Shown here: one piece after another, positions 7,534 through 16,306 of the stretch
How the letters are laid out: each line of letters begins with the position of its first letter
Numbering within the stretch: position 1 is the stretch's first letter
Virus record (IMG/VR): IMGVR_UViG_3300032227_001423
Location: 1-31,632 of that record
DNA: 31,632 bases
Source: a virus
Taxonomy: Duplodnaviria; Caudoviricetes
Reading direction: 5' to 3' (one strand)
The notes under the pieces: generated by a model
Told to the model about the DNA's origin: nothing
The model's database searches: none
The model's input: the letters and a program-made list of their open reading frames with translations, nothing else
Program-made: the position numbers and the translations under genes

Positions 7534-8904
7534 TCATATTTTTTCTCCTGGCTCAAATCCACGGAAACGAACAAAGCGAGGAAATCTTAAACTGTAAGTC
7601 CCGTCTTGGTTTTGGGTGACTGCGTCTGCCATAACTTCAACCACATCCCCAAGTAATTTATCTCTGGAATTCCAATACCCATCACGATCAGAGTCGGAAA
7701 AACCAGAGCCAACATTAACACGTATATTACGATCATCATCTATTCCTTCACAAATTATAGCACCCAACCTGCCGGCATTGCGACCAGTGCCTTCTTCAAA
7801 CCCCACAATATTAAGATCAACTGTTATGGTAGGTTTCCATTTCATCCAAAAGGTTGACCTGCGGCACTCGTATGGTGCGCCCAAATCCTTGATCATGATG
7901 CCTTCAAATCCAGCATCAACTGCGTCTGTAGCATAACGACGCATGACATCGTGTCCTTCTGCTGTGTCTAAATCTACTTCAATACCGTCCATGATACGAA
8001 CACAATCTGTAGAATCAAATACACCGCGGTTTTCTTCAAGGGTAGCAAGTCGTTTGTATTGTTGAGCATTCCAATAACCACGCTCAAAATCATCCATTGG
8101 AATAATATCAAATATGGAATAGACCATATCAGTGGTTTCAACATCACTCTTGCGCTGTGCTTGTTTCATTAGGGCCTGGAACGATTCACCAATGATTTCG
8201 CCGTCAAGTACAATGCCTTTTTTGTATGTTATGCCTATCAACTTGGCTTTGATCTTATCAAGTTGTTCAACAATATGCGGGAAGTTTTCAAAGGCCTTGC
8301 CATTACGCGAGTAAAGGTTGGTAGTATTTCTAGTCAATACAGCCAAGACACGAACGCCATCCAACTTCTGTTCAATGCGTTTTTTACCTACCATCTTGCC
8401 CAGGTGTTTTTCCGAGTCGGTGGCTAACTGACATTCAAATACAGGAATCCGCCACTCTGTATTTTCTAATACTTTGTTAAGTGTACGCTCTGTGATACCG
8501 CAACGCAAGTCTTTGATAATGACTCTGCGACATAGGTTGTTCCACTCTACCGAATCAAACTGCTCACTCATAAACTCAATCGCCGTCTTGGCATTGTGGC
8601 CTGTGAGAGTGCGAGTGCGTAGACCTTCTAGCATGGCCCAGAATTTTGGCCAAGGGTTTGGTTTGCCTTCTAATCCTTCAGTTTCTGGAACTTTCTTAAC
8701 GCCAAAAACATAATAGGGGTTGTAGGCTTGGTAGCAGTTGAACAAGAAACATTGAGCATTAGCACTACCTAACCTGGCTGCCATTAGGGCTTTCTCAATC
8801 ACTGATTCTTTGTGTAAACGGCTGTCGCTACTTTCTAAGTCTCTTATCCAGTCTGCGGCCACTTTGATCTCGTCGAATTGTTCCGATGTGTAATCTATCG
8901 TCAT
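7534..8904 (-). CDS. ATP-dependent DNA ligase
   Basis: Motif I KLDGVR, III LDGEI, IIIa IFDII, IV EGIMIK, V WMKWK, VI SLRFPRF. Confidence 0.95.
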   Translation of the reverse strand: MTIDYTSEQFDEIKVAADWIRDLESSDSRLHKESVIEKALMAARLGSANAQCFLFNCYQAYNPYYVFGVKKVPETEGLEGKPNPWPKFWAMLEGLRTRTLTGHNAKTAIEFMSEQFDSVEWNNLCRRVIIKDLRCGITERTLNKVLENTEWRIPVFECQLATDSEKHLGKMVGKKRIEQKLDGVRVLAVLTRNTTNLYSRNGKAFENFPHIVEQLDKIKAKLIGITYKKGIVLDGEIIGESFQALMKQAQRKSDVETTDMVYSIFDIIPMDDFERGYWNAQQYKRLATLEENRGVFDSTDCVRIMDGIEVDLDTAEGHDVMRRYATDAVDAGFEGIMIKDLGAPYECRRSTFWMKWKPTITVDLNIVGFEEGTGRNAGRLGAIICEGIDDDRNIRVNVGSGFSDSDRDGYWNSRDKLLGDVVEVMADAVTQNQDGTYSLRFPRFVRFRGFEPGEKI

Positions 8905-8905
8905 G

Positions 8906-9070
8906 CTATTTACTCAGTTTCTGTTGATGTTTATACTCTCGCTTTAACCACCATTTGTAACGGCGGAAGTACTCTTCCAATGGCATGGCAAGCTGACCTA
9001 TTTCTGCGTATTCTTCCTTGTTCTCCATCCAGATGTTGTTTAACCAAATACGGAACGGGGTTGATTTCAT
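8906..9070 (-). CDS. hypothetical protein (54 aa, not in ORF track)
   Basis: MKSTPFRIWLNNIWMENKEEYAEIGQLAMPLEEYFRRYKWWLKREYKHQQKLSK. ATGA overlap with the upstream gene; ends 1 nt before the ligase start. Confidence 0.7.
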   Translation of the reverse strand: MKSTPFRIWLNNIWMENKEEYAEIGQLAMPLEEYFRRYKWWLKREYKHQQKLSK

Positions 9071-9306
9071 TTCTTTTCCATGATATGCTTAATTACCACA
9101 GATGCCTCAGGGAAGCCTTCTTTTTCCTTCTTTGCTACTACAGTTTCAATCATATCCAACTGTACAGTATGTAAACCGCTGACAAAAGTCATAACATCTT
9201 CTGGTTTCATCCTATAGGAGATTTTGTATTCCTTTGCGGCCTGCGCTTTTTCGACTTCGTTTTTGATTGCGTCATACCAAACAAATTTAGGAGTTTTCTT
9301 TTCCAT
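9067..9306 (-). CDS. hypothetical protein
   Basis: Likely start MEKKTPK at 9306 (TAATG overlap, GGAG SD). Confidence 0.65.
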   Translation of the reverse strand: MEKKTPKFVWYDAIKNEVEKAQAAKEYKISYRMKPEDVMTFVSGLHTVQLDMIETVVAKKEKEGFPEASVVIKHIMEKK

Positions 9307-9440
9307 TAGTTGCTCTCCCAAACTGCCACAAGGTCTTCCAACTCAATGTAGTCTTTGAAGTAAATGTAAGTGTCTTCAATGCTACGACCACGAGCCTTAC
9401 ACTCAAGAATTTCTTCGTAGATTCTTTTAAATGCGCCCAT
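9306..9440 (-). CDS. hypothetical protein (44 aa, not in ORF track)
   Basis: MGAFKRIYEEILECKARGRSIEDTYIYFKDYIELEDLVAVWESN, with an AAGGAG SD and TAATG coupling at both ends. Confidence 0.7.
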   Translation of the reverse strand: MGAFKRIYEEILECKARGRSIEDTYIYFKDYIELEDLVAVWESN

Positions 9441-9820
9441 TATGCTAACTCCTTAATTTTACGATTAAACACTATCTCTGTGCTCTTAGAGTTCATAACC
9501 TGTGCTTCCATTTCGTCCCAGCTCAAGTATGGCTCGCAAAAATAAATCTCGCCATCATACTCTAACTGTGACTTTTCGAACGCTGACAAGTAGTCATCCG
9601 ACTCAAAGGAGTAGCTCACAATGTATTCGCGAGCACCAATGTCATTGAACTCAACACCGGCAATGTTGATGTAATCTTCGGGATCTGATGTAGGGTCTAC
9701 ACCAGTAATCTTGTACTCGCTACCGCCCTTCATCTTCCAATGCTGAGGGCACTCACCTGTGCCGTCCCAATCATGTGCGCCGTAGTTTTCCATAAACTGT
9801 GTACGAATAACAAACATCAT
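9440..9820 (-). CDS. hypothetical early phage protein
   Basis: 126 aa with a strong AAGGAG SD and a sigma70 promoter upstream. Confidence 0.8.
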   Translation of the reverse strand: MMFVIRTQFMENYGAHDWDGTGECPQHWKMKGGSEYKITGVDPTSDPEDYINIAGVEFNDIGAREYIVSYSFESDDYLSAFEKSQLEYDGEIYFCEPYLSWDEMEAQVMNSKSTEIVFNRKIKELA

Positions 9821-9851
9821 TTTTGAGCTCCTTATTATTAACTATGCTGCT

Positions 9852-9880
9852 AGTTTAACAAATAATGATTAAATGGTCAA
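9852..9880 (-). promoter_or_regulatory. sigma70-type early promoter
   Basis: TTGACC (9880-9875), 17-bp spacer, TAAACT (9857-9852). Confidence 0.75.
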
Positions 9881-9909
9881 CCTCTTTTAAAACAATAGGT
9901 TAGTGCGTA

Positions 9910-10116
9910 CTAACCTGGAACTGTATCTTTAAATACTGTGACAGTGGTAGGTGTACCTAATTTTACTTGTCGGGCTGGTCGACACTCTGCTTTCATCGAG
10001 GTAAATTTTTCAGCATAATAAGCCTGTTTTGCTTGGCAGTTGTCCTGACTCAAATAAACCGAGTGTACGGTGTAGTTGGTAGGTTGTACTGCCCAAAAGA
10101 TTAGTGCCCATTTCAT
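9910..10116 (-). CDS. small hypothetical, possibly exported protein
   Basis: 68 aa with a hydrophobic N-terminus, two Cys, a GGAGG SD and an ATGA overlap. Confidence 0.65.
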   Translation of the reverse strand: MKWALIFWAVQPTNYTVHSVYLSQDNCQAKQAYYAEKFTSMKAECRPARQVKLGTPTTVTVFKDTVPG

Positions 10117-10652
10117 ATGTAACCTCCTGAAGTTTTGGCCTTGTTGTAGAAAATGTGCTGGCCAATTTGTACAACAAACTGCGTCATGTCAGCCCACTTG
10201 GGTGGTCGAATATAATCTGCGTGATAGAATAAACTCTGTTCAAGACCCTTTACTCGAGCACCGTTTAGTACATTTATTGCTACCTCTCGAGATTCGGCCC
10301 AAACAGTAGGATCGGGCTTGTGTAATTTTTTCTTGAGTGTCCACGAAAATTGCTTAGGAGCATACACTACCTTGCACAAGTTGTTGCCCCACCGGCCGGT
10401 CTTCATACGATTAACAGTTACATGAGCAACCGCATACTTGCCTTTGATATCTTCGACGCCGGCTTCATAATAAATGTTTTTAATTAAACATTCTCGATCA
10501 GCAGGAGTGTGCTTGATAGTTTCGTTTGTGGTAATAATGTTAGTAATGGCATCAACCTTGTCTGACAAGGTGCTGATGCGATATTCAATGTGCAAGATAG
10601 CGCCTACTACAATAACGCCGGCAATGATGGCTAACGTTCTGTTATTAAGCAT
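10113..10652 (-). CDS. SleB-like cell wall hydrolase (Hydrolase_2) with N-terminal membrane anchor
   Basis: CL..NIYYEA.....G..AVA.V..NR, KQFSW, FYHADY..P.W and IGQHIFY motifs. Likely start MLNNRT at 10652. Confidence 0.9.
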   Translation of the reverse strand: MLNNRTLAIIAGVIVVGAILHIEYRISTLSDKVDAITNIITTNETIKHTPADRECLIKNIYYEAGVEDIKGKYAVAHVTVNRMKTGRWGNNLCKVVYAPKQFSWTLKKKLHKPDPTVWAESREVAINVLNGARVKGLEQSLFYHADYIRPPKWADMTQFVVQIGQHIFYNKAKTSGGYI

Positions 10653-10899
10653 ATTTAGATCTTTCATAAAGCGAAGCATGAGTAGCATCTTTTTTCAGTG
10701 TGGTGTAGATACTATGAGTTCTAGGGCCGCGGAATTTAGTTCTGTTTTTGATGCCTATACGTTTTAAGATTTGACGAGCACGATCTACTTGGTGTAGTGG
10801 CACTTGTTTGAGCAATGATGCTTCAAACTTACTACTACGATGGCGTTCAAGGAACGCTTGGTCGTCAAGGCTTAGACTGAATACCAGAAACTTATCCAT
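10645..10899 (-). CDS. hypothetical protein
   Basis: 84-aa basic ORF, TAATG-coupled to the upstream gene. Confidence 0.65.
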   Translation of the reverse strand: MDKFLVFSLSLDDQAFLERHRSSKFEASLLKQVPLHQVDRARQILKRIGIKNRTKFRGPRTHSIYTTLKKDATHASLYERSKYA

Positions 10900-11156
10900 T
10901 ATGAGTTTACTGTGGCGTATGGGCTAAAGTCTTCTGCCTTCTTCTCAACAAAGTCAAAAGCATACTCACCTGTGTCGCCGATGGCACTGACCTGTACTGC
11001 GCCCAGACCAAAAGTGTCACTTAACCGATGAAACACCGAGCGAGCTTGTGCTTCGGTAATGGTACTAACAAACAAGGTGCCATTGTAAAACTCTGTTTTA
11101 ACAGGCTCATTTGTAAGAGTAACCTTGACCAACTGATCTACTAAAGTGTTGAACAT
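10899..11156 (-). CDS. hypothetical early phage protein
   Basis: 85 aa with an AAGGAG SD and a promoter upstream. Confidence 0.75.
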   Translation of the reverse strand: MFNTLVDQLVKVTLTNEPVKTEFYNGTLFVSTITEAQARSVFHRLSDTFGLGAVQVSAIGDTGEYAFDFVEKKAEDFSPYATVNS

Positions 11157-11185
11157 ATCTGCTCCTTTTTATTGACTATGAACAC

Positions 11186-11214
11186 AGTATAGCCTGAAAA
11201 GAATTTATGGTCAA
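11186..11214 (-). promoter_or_regulatory. sigma70-type early promoter
   Basis: TTGACC (11214-11209), 17-bp spacer, TATACT (11191-11186). Confidence 0.8.
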
Positions 11215-11216
11215 CC

Positions 11217-11246
11217 AAAAGAAAACCCCGCATTTAGCAGGGCTTT
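11217..11246 (-). terminator. intrinsic terminator
   Basis: AAAGCCCTGC-TAAAT-GCGGGGTTTTCTTTT downstream of the 643-aa gene. Confidence 0.75.
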
Positions 11247-11271
11247 AGAGTGTTGTTTTTAGACTACACAA

Positions 11272-13203
11272 TCAAGGATATGGGTAAGTTGTAGGGCCTA
11301 ACTTGGCCTGCGATGGAGGCGGTGACGGGTCAACTGGTATGTTGTTAGAATTGGTAATACCCACGCTGTTGAGAGCGATTGTGGTATTACCTTGTCTAAA
11401 TAGGCCAACGATGGATTGCCCTGTTAAATTAGACTGGTCAGCTATTTTTGTAAAAAATTCCACTTGAGCGCCTACCGCTGTATCAGTTGACATACCAGGC
11501 AAACTTTGAGTCAAGCTAAAAAGACTTTGTTGATTGTTGGCTACTAAATTGGCAAATACTAGATTGGCCTTGGCTTGGAAGGCTGCCTCGTTGGTCAATG
11601 CTAATCCCATTTGATTCCAGTTTGAATTTAGTATTCCAGTTTGTGTTGGATAAGTGGCCACCAAACTAGACACAGTAGAATTAGACGCAGCGATCAATGC
11701 CGCCATGGCAAATGTAATGGCCGGTGTAACCACAATGTAGTTTGGCGGTGGTGACGGATTTATTGCTAGTACTGGCTGATATGTACCGGCTGCTGGCAAT
11801 CCGCTAGGTATAACTATATCGTTGGCAGTTGGTTCTAAGGCATTGGGTACATTGTAAACTCCATTCAATGCGTTGACCGTGGTTGTGTAACAGGCGGTCA
11901 TTGAGGATAAATCCATGGTGTTCATTTGAGCTACGGTGTTGGCCAATAAAACTGTACCAGGAACGCCAGCGGCGGTGCCTAAGAAATCGCAAATAACAAA
12001 TGTTCCGTTGACACTGGTACCTTTGGCAATGTTTCCGGCATAGTAATTTGCCACAGGGGCCGGTACCGCAGATGTTTGTGCGTTTACCAAAGGCAAGCCC
12101 ACCATTGATTGGATACCACTCACTGCTGCGGCAAAAGCTTCAAGCTTCATGTTATTAATGCCAGCAATTTGAGACATACTGTATGACAATGCCTTGTTGG
12201 CAGCGGCTTGATCTGGTGGAATAATTGTGCTTAATCTTGCGTAGGGTAGTGCCAATGGAGTACAAGCGCAATCATCACAGGTTGGCAGGCCTGATAAAAC
12301 ATTTAAATTAACTGTGCCTTGATTGTCAAGGTAAATCTTTTTACTCACGCCATCAGTAGTGGTAACTGTCAAGGTTAAAAAGCTATTTGGAAATATCTTG
12401 TATGGATTTAGTAAATCTGCCATGGTTGTGATGCCGGCAGTTTTGACTTTTAATACAGCCAGTACTTCTGTCAAACTAGTACCAGTAATTTTTGTCATGG
12501 CCGTGTACATGGATTTTTGAACGCTATCAGCGACTGCCAAATTAGGATCGCCAATATTGACCACAATATCCAGCGGAACATTGGCATCATAAAAGGCCAG
12601 TGCCAGTGACGGTGTTAGACTGCCGGCAGCGGCCAATTGTTTTGTCAAGGCTAGTGGCGATCCAAGAGCATCAAGGTCTTGTAGATTAATCAATCTGCCC
12701 AGGTTAACTAAATCTGCTCCCCACTGAGTGGTGGCTTTATTGACCGCGGTAATATCACCGGTGACCATGTTATTGGTGTCACTGAATGTATTTTTTAAAT
12801 ATGTTTGACTGTTAACAGAAGAATTAATAAAGGGATTAACTTGATCAATGTATCCTTGGCAAATTGCTTCGGCCTGCGCAAACTTTGATAAGTCACCGTT
12901 GCCAAGATATTTATTGGCCACTGTGATAAAACTGTTGACCCATCCCGATGATGAAGTAGGCAAAGAGGAATACGCGGCAGGCACAGCGTCACCCAACGCT
13001 GGGCAAGTGGCAGCACCAATGGTGTACAATCCCGGATAGGTATTTCCAGCAATAGCCATGGCTTGTCTTAGTGCAGTAATGGTTGGCGTATTGTTGTATG
13101 AATTAATAGCCACGGTAAATGTTGGGGCTATGATTAAACCTTGATTTTGTAGCAAGCCACTACCGGCATTCATTTGTAACGGTGTTAGTGAACTATTAGC
13201 CAT
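11272..13203 (-). CDS. large putative virion structural protein (Ala/Asn/Thr/Ser-rich)
   Basis: Likely start MANSSLTPLQ at 13203, overlapping the PAAR gene stop. Low-charge composition; adjacent to PAAR. Confidence 0.7.
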   Translation of the reverse strand: MANSSLTPLQMNAGSGLLQNQGLIIAPTFTVAINSYNNTPTITALRQAMAIAGNTYPGLYTIGAATCPALGDAVPAAYSSLPTSSSGWVNSFITVANKYLGNGDLSKFAQAEAICQGYIDQVNPFINSSVNSQTYLKNTFSDTNNMVTGDITAVNKATTQWGADLVNLGRLINLQDLDALGSPLALTKQLAAAGSLTPSLALAFYDANVPLDIVVNIGDPNLAVADSVQKSMYTAMTKITGTSLTEVLAVLKVKTAGITTMADLLNPYKIFPNSFLTLTVTTTDGVSKKIYLDNQGTVNLNVLSGLPTCDDCACTPLALPYARLSTIIPPDQAAANKALSYSMSQIAGINNMKLEAFAAAVSGIQSMVGLPLVNAQTSAVPAPVANYYAGNIAKGTSVNGTFVICDFLGTAAGVPGTVLLANTVAQMNTMDLSSMTACYTTTVNALNGVYNVPNALEPTANDIVIPSGLPAAGTYQPVLAINPSPPPNYIVVTPAITFAMAALIAASNSTVSSLVATYPTQTGILNSNWNQMGLALTNEAAFQAKANLVFANLVANNQQSLFSLTQSLPGMSTDTAVGAQVEFFTKIADQSNLTGQSIVGLFRQGNTTIALNSVGITNSNNIPVDPSPPPSQAKLGPTTYPYP

Positions 13204-13471
13204 TTGTATTACTACTGCCTTGAACTCGTTTGTGTCCGCACGTGTCGGTGTCGCCGACAAATATTAATCGTTTACCGTTGACTCTGATATTGTTCACCGA
13301 TGCTCGGCAGCGTGCATGAACGTGTTGGCTATTATTGGTAGGCGCATGGCAGGAGACAGGCGAGCCGTCAACTGCCACTGGTATGCCGTTGATTCGTACA
13401 GAGTTGTCGCCGGTTAACACCTTGCCGCCGGCGCTGTTGACATCTCCAACACGAACTATCTGCTTACCCAT
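13196..13471 (-). CDS. PAAR-domain spike tip protein (T4 gp5.4-like)
   Basis: VRVGD...V.INGIPVA..G..VSCH...H...VNGK....VGD..TCGH...GS pattern. Confidence 0.85.
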   Translation of the reverse strand: MGKQIVRVGDVNSAGGKVLTGDNSVRINGIPVAVDGSPVSCHAPTNNSQHVHARCRASVNNIRVNGKRLIFVGDTDTCGHKRVQGSSNTNG

Positions 13472-13472
13472 A

Positions 13473-13775
13473 TTATCCCATAATAATAGAAGGCTTACGA
13501 ACTGGCTTTAAACCTGTTGTAGCTTCCAAGTAATGATCACCAACTTCTTCGCGAGTTTGGCAAATCATTGCTACTGCTGTTTTATTTATAGTAGCATTTT
13601 CCTTGGGATCTCCAGTGAATACGGTGTAAATCAACTGGATGCCTTTTTCTGTAGGAACTGCACTGAGTGGCTGTGATACAATGTATGCTGCGTCTGTGAT
13701 TTCTACTATTTTACCAACTACTTCGTCTGCGTTGGTCAGTTTAAATGTGTAAACCCGGTCTTTTTCAACTATCAT
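13473..13775 (-). CDS. hypothetical protein, possibly Sm-like fold
   Basis: TFKL...EVVGKI......YIVSQPL beta-rich pattern seen in myovirus proteins; the fold is an inference. Confidence 0.65.
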   Translation of the reverse strand: MIVEKDRVYTFKLTNADEVVGKIVEITDAAYIVSQPLSAVPTEKGIQLIYTVFTGDPKENATINKTAVAMICQTREEVGDHYLEATTGLKPVRKPSIIMG

Positions 13776-13776
13776 A

Positions 13777-14004
13777 TTATCCTTGTAAATGTTTTCGTAA
13801 TTCTGTAAATCCGCCTACTAATTTATCGTCAACAAAGATCTGGGGCAAAGTTCTTGCGTTGGGTACTGCTTCTAGCAACTGCTCCTTGGTCCAATCTTTA
13901 TTGATATTTCGCTCTTCAAATGTTATACCTTTTTGTGTTAATAATGCTTTTGCTTGAACACAGAATGGGCAGGAGTCTTTGCTCCATACTACAGCTTTAG
14001 TCAT
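13777..14004 (-). CDS. glutaredoxin
   Basis: CPFC active site, RTLPQIF and VGGF motifs; lies next to nrdB. Confidence 0.93.
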   Translation of the reverse strand: MTKAVVWSKDSCPFCVQAKALLTQKGITFEERNINKDWTKEQLLEAVPNARTLPQIFVDDKLVGGFTELRKHLQG

Positions 14005-14021
14005 ACTTGTTTCCTTTATTG

Positions 14022-15122
14022 TTATAGGTTTGGTAACGCATCGTAATCAAGGTTATCACTCATGACCCCAATTACGTAATTTGTTGATTCTGATTCTTGT
14101 AGTGCCGTTTGTTTGTTGCTGGTGTTCACGTGCTTGTTGAACCAGGGGATAGGCGTTGTTTTAGGAGCAGGAGTTTGATACTTGACTCCAATTTCTTTGA
14201 GCGCACCTACTGCCGTGTAGTCAACAAAGTCTTTGAGAATGTTGGCATTAAGACCAATCACAGGACCTTTCTGGAACAGGTAGTCAGCCCATTGTTTTTC
14301 TTCACGGATGACATCCAGGTACATTTGATACACTTCTGCTTCACACTCGACCTTGGCTCTAGCAAAGCGTGGATCTTCTTTGACCACTTGGTTAATCATC
14401 CAGGCAGTCCAATCCTTGTGTAGGATTTCGTCTTGTAGGATCAGGCTAATAATGTTACCATTGCCGATGAAGATACGATTTTCAACCATGGCCAAACTTG
14501 TGGCAAAGCTAACCATGAAGCGGAATGCTTCTAGGCCGTAGCTGGCATTAAGCGCCAACCAGATGGCATTGATATGTAATTGTTCGTCAAACTTTTCCAA
14601 CAATTCTTTACGACAGTTAATCATGTGCAAGCGATCATAGTAGAGGCCGATGCTTGACGCCATGCCTACAATTTCTTGTATGTCATGAATCTTGTTGAAT
14701 TCTTCTTTGGGCACGTTGTAAATGTTACGAATGATGTGACTGTAACTACGACTGTGAATGTTTGTCTCAAAGAAGCCCCAGTTGTACATGAGTGCTTCCA
14801 GTTCAGGAATACTACACACAGGTGTAAACACTTGTGTAGGACCACGTCCTTGTAAACTGTCCAAGGCTGTTTGGCGTAACAAGTTACTAGTGAAGATATG
14901 ACGTACTGTGTCTGTGGCTTCTTTGAAGTCGTTGGCATCTTTGGTCAGACTGATTTCTTCCGGAACCCAAAAGAATCCACGTGCTTCTTGCTCAAACTTT
15001 GTAAGTTTGTTGTACTTGACTTCTTCGAAGCGTTGAATAGTAACAGGACCTGCTGGGTCAAGAAACATTTTACGGTGTAGGTAATCTGTTTTGGTTTTTA
15101 AATTATATTGTTGTTGGCTCAT
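14022..15122 (-). CDS. nrdB: ribonucleotide reductase class Ia beta subunit
   Basis: FFWVPEEI, LDSLQ, ETNIHSRSY (E/H ligands and radical Tyr), LEAFRF, DEILH, and C-terminal QESE..NY. Confidence 0.96.
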   Translation of the reverse strand: MSQQQYNLKTKTDYLHRKMFLDPAGPVTIQRFEEVKYNKLTKFEQEARGFFWVPEEISLTKDANDFKEATDTVRHIFTSNLLRQTALDSLQGRGPTQVFTPVCSIPELEALMYNWGFFETNIHSRSYSHIIRNIYNVPKEEFNKIHDIQEIVGMASSIGLYYDRLHMINCRKELLEKFDEQLHINAIWLALNASYGLEAFRFMVSFATSLAMVENRIFIGNGNIISLILQDEILHKDWTAWMINQVVKEDPRFARAKVECEAEVYQMYLDVIREEKQWADYLFQKGPVIGLNANILKDFVDYTAVGALKEIGVKYQTPAPKTTPIPWFNKHVNTSNKQTALQESESTNYVIGVMSDNLDYDALPNL

Positions 15123-16278
15123 AATAGTTTTCGATAAGTTTTGTTAAGTGGGTATTTCTAATGCTATCCAAAGTATCAAGATATTTGTTACGTTCTTCTT
15201 TTAACTTGGGATTAAATTTGTGTTCGTTTACTAATTTTAATGCTTTATCTACAGTCTGCTGATTAAATATTGATTTGGTATTCATCAACTGATTTTTAAA
15301 GCGATTAATAATTTCTACATCAACACTATTTATATGTAAAAAGTTAGGCTCAATTAGTGTTAAATCAACTATTTTTACATGGTGCTGATCGCACCAAGCT
15401 AGTACAGGTATTAATGTTCTTACGCTGAAACACTGCAATATGTAATGTAAATGAAATAGTACATTAGGTAATGCTTTTATATTTAAAATATTTTGTTCAA
15501 CCTCTTGCCAATTGGACAGATATCTGAGTTGATCATTATCTTCACCAATACCTTCTATGCTGGCCAATATTTGAACATGATTAAATTTACTTAGGATGTC
15601 AAGTAGTCTTTGATTGATGCGAGTAGCGTTGGTTACAATGACTATCTTAACCATGCTTGGATCAGGAATGCCGGCTAAAAAATCAATAACATATGGAATC
15701 ATAGTAGGTTCGCCGCCTGTAAATTTGATCCATCTAATATTTGCTTTAATCTTATTTAAAAATTCATTAAACGAAGGATCATCTGGCCATGCATAATCTA
15801 CTCCCAATCCCGGCGCCTGATAAGTTTTAATATTATCAAACTTTTCTTTGTTAAGTTTGTATTCTGTCATTAGCTGACTAGATATGCTTGGATTGCACAT
15901 TACACATTTTAAATTACAAAGATTTCCTAGTCGTAAATCAAAAGTAACAATATCGTTGTCTACGCTGTAGTTATCGGTTATGTCTAGCTTGCTAATAACT
16001 TTTTTAAATTCTCTATTGTAAGAAAGTCTAGCACTTGTAGTTCCAATTTTTTCATCTGTCCAACATCTAGTGCATTCAGGGATTTGTTTTCCTTCTAACA
16101 TATCCTTGCGAACTTGCCGTAACTGATCAGAATTAATCCACTGATCAAATTCTGCGTATCTAGTTGTAGATTTACCCATCCATTGGCAGCATGGTGCCAA
16201 GGTAGAATCAGTTCTCACACAAGCATGGACCCACGGTGCTAAACAAAATGTTGGCGATGCCGGTAACACAATATTCAT
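15103..16278 (-). CDS. radical SAM protein with N-terminal SPASM/twitch-like domain
   Basis: CNLKCVMC, FTGGEPT, and N-terminal FCLAPW...PCC...CTRCW. Confidence 0.9.
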   Translation of the reverse strand: MNIVLPASPTFCLAPWVHACVRTDSTLAPCCQWMGKSTTRYAEFDQWINSDQLRQVRKDMLEGKQIPECTRCWTDEKIGTTSARLSYNREFKKVISKLDITDNYSVDNDIVTFDLRLGNLCNLKCVMCNPSISSQLMTEYKLNKEKFDNIKTYQAPGLGVDYAWPDDPSFNEFLNKIKANIRWIKFTGGEPTMIPYVIDFLAGIPDPSMVKIVIVTNATRINQRLLDILSKFNHVQILASIEGIGEDNDQLRYLSNWQEVEQNILNIKALPNVLFHLHYILQCFSVRTLIPVLAWCDQHHVKIVDLTLIEPNFLHINSVDVEIINRFKNQLMNTKSIFNQQTVDKALKLVNEHKFNPKLKEERNKYLDTLDSIRNTHLTKLIENYYEPTTI

Positions 16279-16306
16279 ATTATTGTTTTATGTCAATGAC
16301 TAGCAA

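Noticed and set aside
7511-7537. 8-codon mini-ORF MKKIIGKQ with ATGA overlaps at both ends
   Set aside because: It could couple translation, but it is too short to distinguish from chance and the downstream gene has its own SD.
8907-8912. TAAATA before the ligase gene (also copies near 5225 and 10652)
   Set aside because: These overlap stop/start codons or coding sequence and are too close to, or unrelated to, a start; likely incidental.
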